Of a stretch of DNA of 64,000 bases, positions 36,851-49,885 are shown piece after piece. Source of the DNA: Camelus ferus (lineage: Eukaryota); assembly GCF_009834535.1 (NCBI RefSeq), contig NC_045696.1:16060001-16124000 (forward strand), written 5' to 3'. Under the pieces are notes generated by a model. That model had not been told where the DNA came from, did no database searches, and saw only the letters and a list, made by a program, of their open reading frames with translations. The position numbers and the translations under genes were made by a program. Each line of letters starts with the position of its first letter. Within the stretch, counting starts at the first letter, position 1.

Positions 36851-39800
36851 CTCTTTAGATTTTTTAAATTCAGAATGAAAATGTTCTGATGGTGACTAAG
36901 TTTTAAGGTGTTTTCTGTAGTGAGGAAAACCAGTTAGTTTTCCAACTACAGCCTCCTAATATGGATTTAAGATTGTTTCTACTTTACCTTTCCTGGCTCT
37001 TAGTATTTGAAATTTCTTCGGCTCATTTTAAAAATAAAGTTAATTTATGTACTGGTAGGTTTGCTTTCAGAGATAAAACATGTTCCTGTGGCCAGAATAG
37101 TAGGCTGCTTGTGACAGATGCCTGGACCAGCCAGATGGGCCCCCTTAGCTTGAGAGCCTGGCTTCTAATTCTTCTTCCTCAGCTGTGTATTTATTAACAT
37201 TTATTAGCAGTAATCTACTGCTTTTTATACAGGATGCTATTATTGGTCTAAATTGCTACATCATACTTGGAAGAACAGTATTGGAAGGCACTGAGATGCT
37301 TACTTTTCTCAAAAGCTTATAATCCAACTATAATACCATACTCTTTAGATAATCTTATTTAAGAGATGCATTGATAATACCCAATGGGAGCTTTGTATCT
37401 ACTGAATTTCCCTACATCTAGTGGATTCTGAACTTAAGCATTACATATTGATCACGCACTTACTGTGCTGTCACCAAGTTGACCCCTGTGGAGGGAACAC
37501 AGAAATGAATCACATTGTTCCTGCTTTCAAGGAGTGTGTGTCCTAATGGGCAGGAAGCCACATAAGAGCAATAGGAGGTAGAAAGTGGTCGGTGATCAGA
37601 TAAAAGCAATCGGACAAAATGCTTTGGATGCAGAGATCGAAGGGAACATTAGTGAACCATCTTTGGAGCTGGGCATTTTTCTTGAGTTTTGTTCATTTGG
37701 AAGGAAAATAAAGCTACCAGAGCAGCTTATTTTAAGTGGGGGCTTATTAAAGGAGACGTGGCACACCTCCCTGGAGTTACAGGTCATCAGGTGGTCCGGG
37801 TCTCATCTGCTGTCTGTCTCTGTCTCGGGTACACAGTTGTCTCATCTTAGCATCTCATCTCCGTGCATCTTCTTATTTTCCTCCCTAGACCAGCTGCCTC
37901 TTCCAGATTCCTGGTTCCCGCCCACCCCTAGGTTTTGACAGCACCATCCCTGGCTGCGACTTCCCCTCCTGCTAGTCTTGTATCCATCCCCTGTCATCTA
38001 ACTAGAGCCTGTATGTGCTCGTTCAAAACGCTTGAGGAAGAGAATGCAGTCTACAGTTTGCTTTCCTCTGGCTGTAATGAGCTACGGGGCCGGAACTGCA
38101 GAGTTAAAATATGGTCCCTAATGAGTACCCTTCCAGGGGACCGGGGGCTGGAGTGCTGGCTGCAGGGAGGGGCAGGGAACTTGGCAGCCTCCCGATAGCC
38201 TCGAACCAACGTTCATAAATGTGGAGCGCCACGGGGAGGCTGCGGGCGGGTGCCAAATTGTGTTTCCTGCCTTTGGAAAGTGTATTTTCACCGGGGAGGC
38301 GGTACACAGATGTACTTAACCCAAATGTGAGGCACACTGCGATAAATACCATAAAGCGTTCCCGCAATGGGAGAGAGGGACTAGCATTCTGTTACACTGT
38401 GGGTGGAGGAGGTTTGTCTACGTGAGAGGACCCTAATGGGCCTGGGCGTTTGAAGTGGGGTGTGAGGGTCTTAGGAAGAGTGTGTTGGGAGCACAGTGTG
38501 TGTATTTATTCAGTGGCTGCCCTGTGTGGTTCAGGAAGGTTTGTTGGAACTGAGGACGGTTTGCTTTTCAAGTAACTGACATAAGCCTGGGTCTGCTTCT
38601 GCTTTAAGTATTTATTAATAGCTGTAGTCATCTACATTTTTTTTAATAATCAAAAAATAGTTACTCCTCATTGGGATTCACACAGGAAGCATTTTAGAAA
38701 AGGAAGGGGGCCACATAGAAGTCAGCTTTTGCTAATGCCTGCTGTTATAGCAAGTTGTTAGCGATGCTTGTGTTAGCAATGCATGCCCTGCATGTGTTGA
38801 AAAACCTACCAATTAAAAAGCTTAGGGATCTCAGATGTCTTTTGTTTCCTATGTTAAGGTGTGAGATGACACAAAGAAAATAAAAAACATTGAGCTGATG
38901 CTTGTAATCAATTATGATGAAAAGTCAGGGACTTATTAACTAGCCACAAGCACATTTGTGTGTCTAATTAATTTTTATTCTTGCCTGAAACTATGAACCA
39001 TGCTCTTTTTTCAACATATAATGCTTATTTGTCTCACCACATAAAAATGCTTGTTTGTCTCTGGTCATACACTGGAACTGCCTAATAGAAAGTGAGATGT
39101 AGTACTTGGAATTTTTGTCTGAAACTTGAGTATTTTTTTTTCACTGGGAGTGCATGTGGTTATCACTGTGACTGGGACTAGGTATGTTTCAGAAGCACTT
39201 TTGTTATTTTAATGTTTGATGTTCCTCCCCCGACCTTTTAAAATAAACCTCCTGAATTTAGAACAGCAGATTTGTATTCTCTTTGGCAAATTCAAATTCG
39301 TAACTCCCCATCTCAGAGCAAAAATGGGGTGGACGAGATTGAAGTTAGCACTTCCGTTTTCATTTCGGGGCAGTAGGCAAATTGTGCATGGGATTCACGT
39401 GGTTCAAATTTTATAATCTCATCCAACTGCCTGTAAACAATTGTCATTGTCCAAATTCTGGAGGGTGAAATCGAAGCACAGGAAATCACATGTATGCCCT
39501 AGATTTCGTGGTGGGAACTAGAAGTGGATTCTGTGTTTGACTCATTGCTTTGTGAAGCTAGTGACCTTTAGGGGAGGAATCCTGTCTCCTCTGATCTTAA
39601 CTGGTCAGTATGCAATTCTGTCTGCTGGAAAGTGACCCACTGAATACGTTACGGCTTTTTTGCACCAGATATTACCTTAGGAAACTAAAGATGGAATGCA
39701 ACGTGAACAAGAGATTTTTTTTTTTTTTTTTAGCTTGTCAATCTGTTCCCTACAAATAGGTTTTTTGGTTTGGAATTAAGAAGGAAATGACTTGACTGTG

Positions 39801-40349
39801 CCTCCTACACAGTCCTTCTTTATAGAAAACGGAGAGTTCCTGAAAAAACCCTCAGCAGGGTAGTATTTCTATGAAGTGACAGCTAGAACCTTTTAGAAAA
39901 ATGCAGTAGCTCACACTTACTGCATGGGATTTCACGTCCCTCGGGGCGAGCTCTCTAGTGTCATAGAGTTTATGACTTGTGAATGCTGTACTTTTGTGGT
40001 ACCATAAACCAGGAGAGGTGGTGTGAGAATTCTATTCCTGTATGAAAAGCCACTTCATCTTTCATTATATAGGAAAGAGCCATGGGGATGTTAAATTTTA
40101 GTGGCATTTTCAAGTTGAGCCTTATCTGCTACTGATATGCACGTGTTGAAGAGTTAAGATACTCAAGAACAAAATGAAATATAGGAAAGGCGCTGTTTCC
40201 TTTAGAGCTGAGTTACTGGCAAGTGGTTTTGAAGAATAACTTTCTCAATACCCACCCCCGCCCCGCCCCGCCAGGATATCCATTTTGTGTGTTTTTATAG
40301 CATGTACCTCCCTCACTGAACTTATCTCGCACTCCACAGATCAGTGCTG

Positions 40350-40890
40350 TATTTTTTAGAGCAGTTTTAGATTCGTAACAAAATCAGGAGGAAGGTGCAG
40401 AGATTTCCCATATACTCCCCACCCCAACTCATGCAGAGTTTCTCCCTTATTATCAACATCCCCTAGCAAAATAGTAAATTTGTTACAACTGATGATTCTA
40501 CATTGACACATCATTGTCACCCAAAGTCCATAGTTTACCTTAGGGTCCTTTCTTGGTGTTGTACATTCTGTGGGTTTGGACAAATGTCTAATGACATGTA
40601 TTCACCATTATAGTATCATATAGAATAATTTCACTGCCCCTGAATCCTTTACGTACCTCCTGTTCACCTCACCTTCCCCCTAACTCCTGGTAACCACTGG
40701 TCTTTTTATTGTCTCCTTAGTTTTCCTTTTCCAGAATGTCATGTGGTTGGAATCACACATGTATCTTCACATTGGCATCTTTCAGTTAGTAATAGGCAAT
40801 AAGATTCCTCTGTATCTTTTCATGGTTTCATAGCTCCTTTCTTTTTGGTGCTGGATAATCCATTGTCTGGTTGTACCACAGTTTTTGTTC
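40350..40890 (-). mobile_element. L1MC-like 3' end
   Basis: ttttttagagcagttttagattc…cacccaaagtccatagtttac…ctcctggtaaccactg…ttccagaatgtcat…gtaccacagttt. Same family as 17387-17739. Confidence 0.88.
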
Positions 40891-40926
40891 ATTCCTGGTG
40901 CCTTAATTTTTTTAACTGATTTATCT

Positions 40927-41067
40927 CAGGGTTGGGAGTAGAGTGAGGTGAGCGAGGCACTCAGGAATCAAGATAAGTAATATTTTAATGCAAGGTTTAA
41001 AAAATCAAAATTAATCCAAAAAATCCTCAACGAACAAAATATCAACATTGTAAATGAAGATGGGATG
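40927..41067. mobile_element. Arthur1/MER69-like hAT-Tip100 fragment
   Basis: cagggttgggagtagagtgaggtgagcgaggcactc…atcaagataagtaatattttaatgcaa…aaaaatcaaaattaat…gaacaaaatatcaa. Confidence 0.7.
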
Positions 41068-41079
41068 ATGGTGAGCTTT

Positions 41080-42430
41080 CACTGAATGTCAGCAACAACC
41101 ATAGCAAAATTCCTTGTGTCCATGACCCACAGTGTGGACAGTATCTTCTTGCTCTGAATCCTGGTTCCTCCCCAAAGGCACTGTTTCCCCGGGAGCTTTC
41201 TCAGGTGTTCTTTTCTTGCGGTCCTCCTCGCATCGTGCCTGGAGGTGGGGAGGTCCTCCTTCTTCCTCATTTTCACTTCCAGACCATTCTTTCCCTCTCC
41301 TCCCTAAAACACCCCCAGCCCAAACTGTGAGGTGCACGCTCTTGAACTAGATCATCCCTCTCCTCTACTGTTGGAGAGCTCTGTCTACTGCAGTGGAATG
41401 CCCCCACAGTCTTTGAAGGTTTTAGGTCCTGGCTTTCTGTCATTCCATCAACTGCATCCTTTGTAATTCTTTTTTTTTTTTTAATTGAAGTCTAGTTGAT
41501 TTACAATATTATGTTAGTTTCAGGTGTATAGCAGAGTGGTGCAGTTATACATTTATATATTCTTTTCCATTATAGATTATTACAAGATACTGAATATAGT
41601 TCCCTGTGCTATACAGCAGGTCCTTGTTTATCTACTTTATATGTAATAATGTGTATATGTTAACCCCAGTCTCCTAATTTATCCCTCCCCACCACCTCTT
41701 TCCCCTTTGGTAACCATAGTTTGTTTTCTATGTCTGAGAGTCTGTTTCCAGTTTGTAAATAAATTCATTTGTATCATTTTTTTTAAGATTCCACATATAA
41801 ATGATATCATATATTTGTCTTTCTCTGTCTGACTTACTTCACTTAGTATGATACTCTTTGGGTCCATCCATGTGACAAGATTTCATTCTTTTTTATGGCT
41901 GAGTAATATGTTCCACTGTGTATATGTATCACATCTTATTTATCCATTTATCTGTCGGTGGACATTTAGGTTGCATCCATGGCTTGGCTACTGTAAATAA
42001 TTTCATAATTCTTAAGTAATTTTAATATCAACTTCAATGATCCTTACAAGACTCTAGTTTCTCTGTTCTTTGATTTTCATTCCTCCAAGTGGTCTTGCCT
42101 TCATCATTCTTCTTCAGTCATTCCTTATGATACTCATATTATACTCCTTGCAATTACCAATAACTGTAACTGCTCCAAAAATATTAATTTCAACTTTCTG
42201 ACTCTCTTCAGTACTGCTTCTAACCACTTCATTGTCTTTGGTACCTTAATATCAAAATTCTGTAGCACACACCAGGATTTATTGGTACTACAGCCTTTTA
42301 ACTGTGTCTCCCACCCCCATATCCCCACCTTAGATTTCATGGCCCATCGTTATAACCATTCCCTTGCTTACACCCTCAGTTCTCTAATGCTTTTCTCTCT
42401 TCATTGTATTTATCTGACAAAACAGCAACC
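41080..42430 (+). mobile_element. Degraded L2 ORF2 segment, split by the L1 at 41472-42005
   Basis: The C/T-rich L2-like tract continues across the L1 TSD: taattcttaagtaattttaatatc…gatcctt…attaccaataactgtaac…atggcccatcgttataaccattcccttgc. Confidence 0.65.
41472..42005 (-). mobile_element. 5'-truncated L1 3' end (~530 bp)
   Basis: Poly(T), tagttccctgtgctatacag, tcccctttggtaaccatag, tctgacttacttcacttag. TSD core taattctt at 41464-41471 and 42006-42013. Confidence 0.93.
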
Positions 42431-43021
42431 CTGACAAAATGTATGATTCATGCAAGGAAAAGCCCGTTTTAGAATTAAATTTTTATGTTTCTATTTTTCT
42501 TTCAAATCTCTGCTTCATTATTATTAATAAATAGGAGTGATTTGATATTTTCACAGATACATTTTGGTTCATCAAGTTTCACATTTCATTCCAAGTGCTC
42601 AGTAAACACCATGATTTATTGAGAACAATAATCAAAGCAAAGGGCTATAGTTAGTTATGAAGGAAAGAGATTAGGAAATGCAATTCTTTATCTAAATGAC
42701 ACCCATGATAACTTTTTGATAAATTATTCTTACGTAAATTACTTCAAATAAAGAGAAGCATTTTTATATAAAAGCTTGCTCTGTGTCATATCCTGTACTT
42801 GAAATGTTTGCTTAATTGAGAAGACAAGGGTGGGTTGTGAATATAAGTAATGGTAATATTACCAGATTACTACTGTAACATCTATTCAGGGCATTGCAGA
42901 ATATCATCCTCACACCAGTTTACTTTGCATTGAAAATAACCCCATGCTTGTAAGAGGGCCCCCTCCTTCTTTTCTATTTTATCTCCCTTGGAAAAATAAT
43001 ATTTTAAGCCTGAAGTGGGTG

Positions 43022-43188
43022 AGATTAACAACAAGGTCCTACTGTATAGCACAGGGGCCTATATTCAATACCTTGTAATAATCTGTAATGAAAAAGAATA
43101 TATATGCATGTGTAACTGAATCACTATACTGTATACCAGAAATTAGCACAACATTGTAAATCAACTATACTTCAATAAAAAAAAAAAT
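43022..43188 (+). mobile_element. 5'-truncated L1 3' end
   Basis: caaggtcctactgtatagcacaggg…acattgtaaatcaactatacttcaataaaa + poly(A). TSD agcctgaa(g)tgggtg on both sides. Confidence 0.93.
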
Positions 43189-43363
43189 AGCCTGAATGGG
43201 TGTAGTAAAATCAAATCAAAGTTGTATTGCTTACTGTTTTGAACGGGTTGGTTAGGTTCTTGATCTTTTTCTTTATCCTAAATTCCCTTAGCTTGACCAC
43301 ACCGAGAGCAGGCTAAAATCTCAGGGGTTAGCAATACCTTACTTAGGAGGACAGCAGGGTTGA

Positions 43364-43663
<300 letters not shown>

Positions 43664-45769
43664 TAGTGCCGCTGTGTGTTGGACAATGAAGGAGCAGTAT
43701 TTATGAGCTTTCCGCCTCAGAATGAATTTATCCCATGTGTTTATTATAATTACAAACCTGTGGACCGATTCCGCAACTGCTAAATGAAAAGGCCTATTGG
43801 TGGGGTCCAGGAATCCAAATTTTGCCAAATTCTGGACGTGATTCTCATGTACACTAATTATCTAGATTTAATAGATTTAGGGCCTTGTGTGTTTCCTCAC
43901 ATAGACATCCTAGACAAGACACCCTAATGTGCTTTTTGCTAATTTCTTAAAAATCTCTTTCCTGCAACAACTGACCACTCCTCCTGTTTGGTGATGATTG
44001 AAGAATGAGAGCTGGGATTTTTTGGTTTTGGTTTTGGGGTTTTTCTGATTACATCAAACTAGAGGAAAGTTTGATCACTAAGGTTTAAATGCCTGTTTCT
44101 CTCACTGACCTCAAATTTCACTTTAACTCGTTATTTATAAAATTGAGTTGTTTTACTTCGTATCATATGTTTTTCCTCTGGAAACACTGTCATACTCCGT
44201 ATTTAATCTGACTCAGTTCTTAGTCTCTTCCTAGTTGACTTTTTTAGGTAACCAGTATTGGGGAAATCAGCGATCTTTGATCTGATGGCTAGCACCTACA
44301 CATTTCCCAGAAGTTTATTTATCAGTAGGATGGCTGTATATAAGGACATAGAGGTTTATCTGCAGAGGATGTAGACAAATATTGATATACATTCCAATTT
44401 GTAAAGACTAAAAAAGGTTTTTTTCTAAAAAAAAGTACCAACAGCAAACTTAGAAAGTCCGGATGACCAAGATTCTGGAGGTCTATTTAATACTTTGTTC
44501 AAACATGAATGTCCTAAGAGCGTACTGATTACTGTTCATGCACGCACAAAATTTGAAATATGAATAGAAAACACCAAGCATTCGAATATGGAAGTTTCTT
44601 CTGGTGGATTTACGATAAAGAAAATGGGAAAATCAGATTCTTAAACACTTGGCAATTCAAGAGTTTCCTTGTTTCTCCTTATTCCTTGTTCCTAAATATT
44701 TCATAAGGCTTCTAACCCATTTCTGCCTGACTAGTCAAGAAATGAGGTTTCAATAAGATGAAAATAAGTGATGTTTAAATACAAGGGACAGAACTCCAGT
44801 GTTGAGAAAATATAGAGGTCAGCTGTCTTCAGGAACTGTGTGTTTCAGTCTAATTTAGTCATTAAACCTACAGACCATTTAATCCAGGGTAAGTTAGGAA
44901 GTAGATCAGGAACCGGTTATTAGGTGGGCCACGTCTTGTTAATAGTTTGTTTCTTTTCGTTGTCACTTACCCATTCTATGAAATGTTTCAGATACATTTT
45001 CTTTAGGATGTAAGCTCCCTGGGAACAGGTTCTAGGTCTCTGGATGAGGACCCCTGATCTGACACTGACAGCTGTAGTTGTGTGTAAGAAGTAAACTCAT
45101 ACCATTTTGCTTAGATCTTCCTGCTTCATATTCTATTCAGAATTATTAGAGTTAACTAAAAGGTGGAATCCACATTCACTATCATTGTGCCACTAATTGT
45201 GGCAAATTTCCTTTGATCCCAAATCAACTGTATACCCACGACCAGCCACTTTCCCTGCCCCTCCTCTGCACACACCTCCCCAACTCTGAAAAGCTCTGTT
45301 CCTACGGCAGGAATGAATTGAAACTCCAAGGGAAAACACACTGAAAAGGAACACAAGATATATAGGATGTGTTTTGATCTAAATATAAAGTCAGGAGACT
45401 TTATGATAATGCTATGATTGCTATCAAATATATGTTTTTTGTCGTCATAAACTGAATTGTGTGCCATTTGGGGAAATGCCATCCTAAGTAATTTGGTTTT
45501 TGATAATTAATCTTATCTAGCAAACATCTGTTTGATAGCAATGTTAATGACCTGTCCTCATCCTATTTTGTTAACCACTGTGGAGAGAGGGCCATTTCAG
45601 AATGTATCACTGCGGTGACAGGTTATTTCCAGAGCTCTGATGTGCAGGGTGAAGATGGACGGAGGAAATGGAGAAGCTGAGAAAATAATTCTTTCCCTGA
45701 AACGCTCTGCAAAAGAATAGAAAGGAGCTGATTCCTGCTAAGGCTTTGGCATCAGTGTGTGTTGGATTT

Positions 45770-46483
45770 CTTTTTCATCATTTTCAGTACAATTTTTAAA
45801 GGGTACATTCCATTTACAGTCATTACAAAATATTGGCTATATTCCTCATGTTTTACATTACATCCTTGTAGCCTGTCTTACACCCAGTAGTTTGTACCTC
45901 CTACTCCTGGAGCCCTACGTTGCCCCTCTCCACCCCACTGGTAACCACTAGTTTGTTCTCTATGTATATGAGTCAGCTTTGTTCTTTTTATATTCACTAG
46001 TTTCTTGTATTTTTTTTAGATACCATGTATAAAGGGGGTGTACAGTATTTGTCTTTCTCTGTCTGACTTATTTCACTTAGCACAATGCCCTCCCAATTCC
46101 ATCCATGTTGCTGCAAATGGTAAAATTTCATTCTTTTTTATGGCCGAGTAGTATTCCATTATGTGTATGTATATATATACCACATCTTCTTTATCTTCTT
46201 TATCATTCATCTGTTGATGGACACTTAGGTGGCTTCCACGTCTTGGCAGTTATAAATAATGCTTGATGTGAACAATGGGATGCATGTATTTTTCAAATTA
46301 GTGTTTTGGGGGTTTTTTTGCATATATATCCAGGAGTGGAATTGCTGGGTCATATGGTAGTTCTGTTTTTATTTTTTTGAGAAACCTCCGTACTGTTTTC
46401 CACAGTGGCTGCACCAATTTACATCCTCCTCAATAGTGTAGAAGTTCCCTTTTCTCCACATCCTCACCAGTATTTCTTATTTT
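45770..46483 (-). mobile_element. L1 3' region (~710 bp), same type as 13408-13665
   Basis: ccactggtaaccactagtttgttctc…tctgacttatttcacttagcacaatg…ccaggagtggaattgctgggtcatatgg…ttctccacatcctcaccag. Confidence 0.93.
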
Positions 46484-47129
46484 GAACAGATTGCATAATT
46501 GCAGAAGACAGGTCACTTGTGATGTGTTTAGCCAGTTTCCCAGGTCTGGTATAGTATCTGGTATGAAATTAGCACGTTGACACTGCCTCTTCTTGACTGC
46601 TAAGGGGGACTAGGTAATCATTAGATATTTCCAGTAGGTACCTGGCCTGTATGAGTTTTTTTATCATATTTTTCTATGTTACGAATCCTTGCTATTTTTC
46701 CATTGGACTAAAATTCAGACCCTAATATGACAAGTAAATCATAAAATGTCTCCTACTTTGTTTTGGAGCTTAGTTTAGAATTAAGGAATGTGGGTACTGC
46801 TTGTTCCCTTGCTAGTGGCAAATCTTCCAAAAGTCTCTAACTAAAAGTATTACAAGAGGTAATGTATAATATAATAACCCCACTGAATATGCACATTGTG
46901 TCTTATTTTCAGGAAAAGGAATGGGAAAAAGGTGTATAATTTATGTATTTTTTAATTCCATTAATACTGCGTGGTCCCGATAACTTTAACATTGTTTTTC
47001 CCATTGTCCTCCTTTCCCTATTGGTCCTTTCTTCTTTCCTCCCTTCCCTCTTTTTTCCCCTAGATTTTTAGGTCTGTTGTACATAGTGATACCAAGCTCT
47101 TTATAATTACACAGGGCGCCCATTGAAAT

Positions 47130-47293
47130 CTTTCCTCTGTGAGGCAGGCAGTGTTGGTTTTATTAGTCTCACTTCACAGGCATAAATACTGAGAGTCAGC
47201 AAGACTGGATTTCTAACTCACACAGCTATTGACTGGTAGAATCAGGACCAAAGCCTAAGATCTTTCCGTTCTCAATCCAGTGTTCCTCACAGT
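47130..47293 (-). mobile_element. MIR fragment
   Basis: ctctgtgaggcagg…cacttcacagg…actgag…cacacagcta…ccagtgttc. Confidence 0.6.
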
Positions 47294-49730
47294 ATTAGCC
47301 AAAAATTATATTAGAGCCAGTAAACACCTGATTTACAGAATCAAATCATAGAGGACAGGCTGTGAATTGGAGGCAATATGTAACACTTTGAAAAAAAAAA
47401 ATCTCACAGTGGATGTCTCATAAAGGACACAGCCATGTCACTGGAACCTCCGTGGTTCCAGGATAAATCTCCACGTGACAATGTTTTCCACTTTATGGTA
47501 ACAATAGGTAACGTTCTTGTATATTACTTGCTGCAGGAACAAAGAATTACTGTTTAGTATCACCATAAGTACCCTCTAAAGTTTCTGCGTGTATCTAAAT
47601 AAATGCTTTAGACAAAAGAAATTATTTTACTGAAGTTAATTCTCAGAAAGCTGCTACCTAGCAGAATAAGATTGTCTTAAACATTAAGCATATTGAAATT
47701 CAGAACAAAGCTGGCAGAGAGAAAAATGCCTGTTATGTTCTGCATGCAGTCTCCTTGACTTTTTTTTATCAGATGCAGGATCCAGTGCTGATTGGGTTAT
47801 TTTTCTCTAAACCATGTATTTGCCTTGGGCACACTTGCAGTGTCTTGCATTCTTTGTCTAGATGTAGAAAGTGTATTAGGCATTGCCACTCTCCTCCCAT
47901 GGAGTGGATGATTTCCCTTGGGAGTGAACTGGCTTTCTCATTTCACTCTTTGCCTTTAGTTTTGCCTCTGGCACCAGAGGGTAAGATCTGCCCTTAGTCA
48001 TTTGAACATTTTATTAATTATCTCTTGCAGGATTCAAGCATATCATTATGACTCAAGGAGAATGTTTTCTTTGCAAAGCATTCAACTCCTTTCCATTTGA
48101 ATGGCTACTCTTTATGGTGTAATAGATCCACTATTGAAATTCATGCTCTTCTGCATTTGCCTCTGTCCAGTAGAGGCAGGTAGCATTGCATCGGGAAAGT
48201 TGTCATTGACTTATGGGGCAAAGTACGGTTAACAGCTTAATTCAAAAGAATTAGAAATTAAAGAATTACTACCTTCAGTGTCATTTTGTTTCATTTCACA
48301 TTCGAGACTTTCCAAACATACAAATAGGAATGACGTGAAAGCTATTCAGATATGGTCAGATGAGAAATTGAAGTTATTTAATTCATTTCCATTTTGCATT
48401 TTATCGTTTTAATGAAACTTTAGGACAAGCAAACTTTGTTTTCTAGGTGACTGCTTTTGTGTGAATTCTCTACAGCTATCTTAATCTTTAGCGTGAAAAG
48501 CAGGCATTTGGATACTTGAAAAGATACTGCACCAGGATAGTTTTTTGGATTTGTGCTATACGCTGTTCTCTTGAGACACAGCATACTGCAGAATTCAAGG
48601 TTGCTACTTAAGACTTTACCTAACTTTCAGGATGGGGTGGGGACGGTAGAACATTTTTATTGTGGACTGTAAAGCTCTTTGAACGCCCAGATCTCAGCAC
48701 GGTAATCCACTACGATAGCTAGCCAGTGCCTCTGGCTCCTCCAGTCCTGGGACCTCTGAGCTCTGTAGATCCCACCCCTTATGAAGTCCTGGGAGATGTA
48801 TAAACACCATGGGAATGATGCTTGATGAGTCTGGCCTCTGCACATGAGATGGAGACAGATTCTCGAATGTTCTCTGTTTTTAAGCATTGCCTATGTTGTC
48901 CTCTCGTAAGGAAGGACCAGAATCTCTGGGCATTTCTTCATCAGGGAAGGCTAATCGCCCACTTTGGAGGGACATCAGACTCCTTTTTATGTGGTCTTCC
49001 ACCTTTGAATATTAGTCATACTCCAAAATCAGTAAGTAGAGTCTGGTTCTCCACTATGGAAAAAAAAATGCATGGAAAAAAAATCTCACCAGTGTTAATC
49101 TTCAAACAGTGGAATTACAGGCGATTTTTATTTTATTTAGGCCTTTTTAAAATTTCTATAATAAATGAGTAGTTTTTTTCTTCAGAAAAAGCTAAACTAT
49201 GAAATCAGCACATAAAATTTTGTATCTACCTTCGGTTAGTGATGGTTGAAAAAAAAATCAAAAGGCTTAAAAGGACACACAGGATGATTCTTAATTTGTT
49301 TTATCTATTGGTAGTTATGTTTTATGAGGTTTATACAGTAGGAATAACTTCTTCTGGGAAAATATATTTTAGAAATATGATGCTGCCAGAAGAAAAGTAA
49401 TCTCCCTTCTTACCTTCAGCCAAGCTTAGGCAGCATTAATCATCAGTAGTTCTTCAGAAAAATCCTTGTCTTGCTTAAAATTTTTTCTCAAAAAATTGCA
49501 TCTGGGAACCACATTTGTTTTGGGGTGTGTTATTGAATGGGAAGAAATCACATTTATCCTGTAGATTCCTTTGGGGTGGGGGAGGACTTAGAAAGTGAAG
49601 CCCCCTCCCATTTGGTTGAGCAGGAAAACCTGTAAAAATGATTTCCTTCCAATTTGACCATCTGCCAAGACCAGTGATCCACATTGGTCCCAGCTTTGTT
49701 GGCTCCAGCTTCATTTGCTTTCTAAAATTT

Positions 49731-49885
49731 CAATATCTTGTAATAACCTATAATGAAAAAGAATATGAAAACAAATATATGTATATATATGCATGACTGA
49801 AACATTATTCTGAACACCAGAAATCGACACATTGTAACTGTGTATGTTGATAAATTAAAAAATAAAAAATAAAATAAATAAAACT
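49731..49885 (+). mobile_element. 5'-truncated young L1 3' end
   Basis: caatatcttgtaataacctataatgaaaaagaatatgaaaa…gcatgactgaaacattat…cagaaatcgacacattgta + A-rich tail. Reverse complement of the element at 3137-3371. Confidence 0.9.

Noticed and set aside
38224..38243. CTCF-like motif in the CpG patch
   Set aside because: Mismatches at the core AG positions in either orientation.
41679..41867. ORF resembling the L1 ORF2 C-terminus (IILSEVSQTEKDKY)
   Set aside because: Remnant of a 5'-truncated L1 already listed. Not a functional gene.
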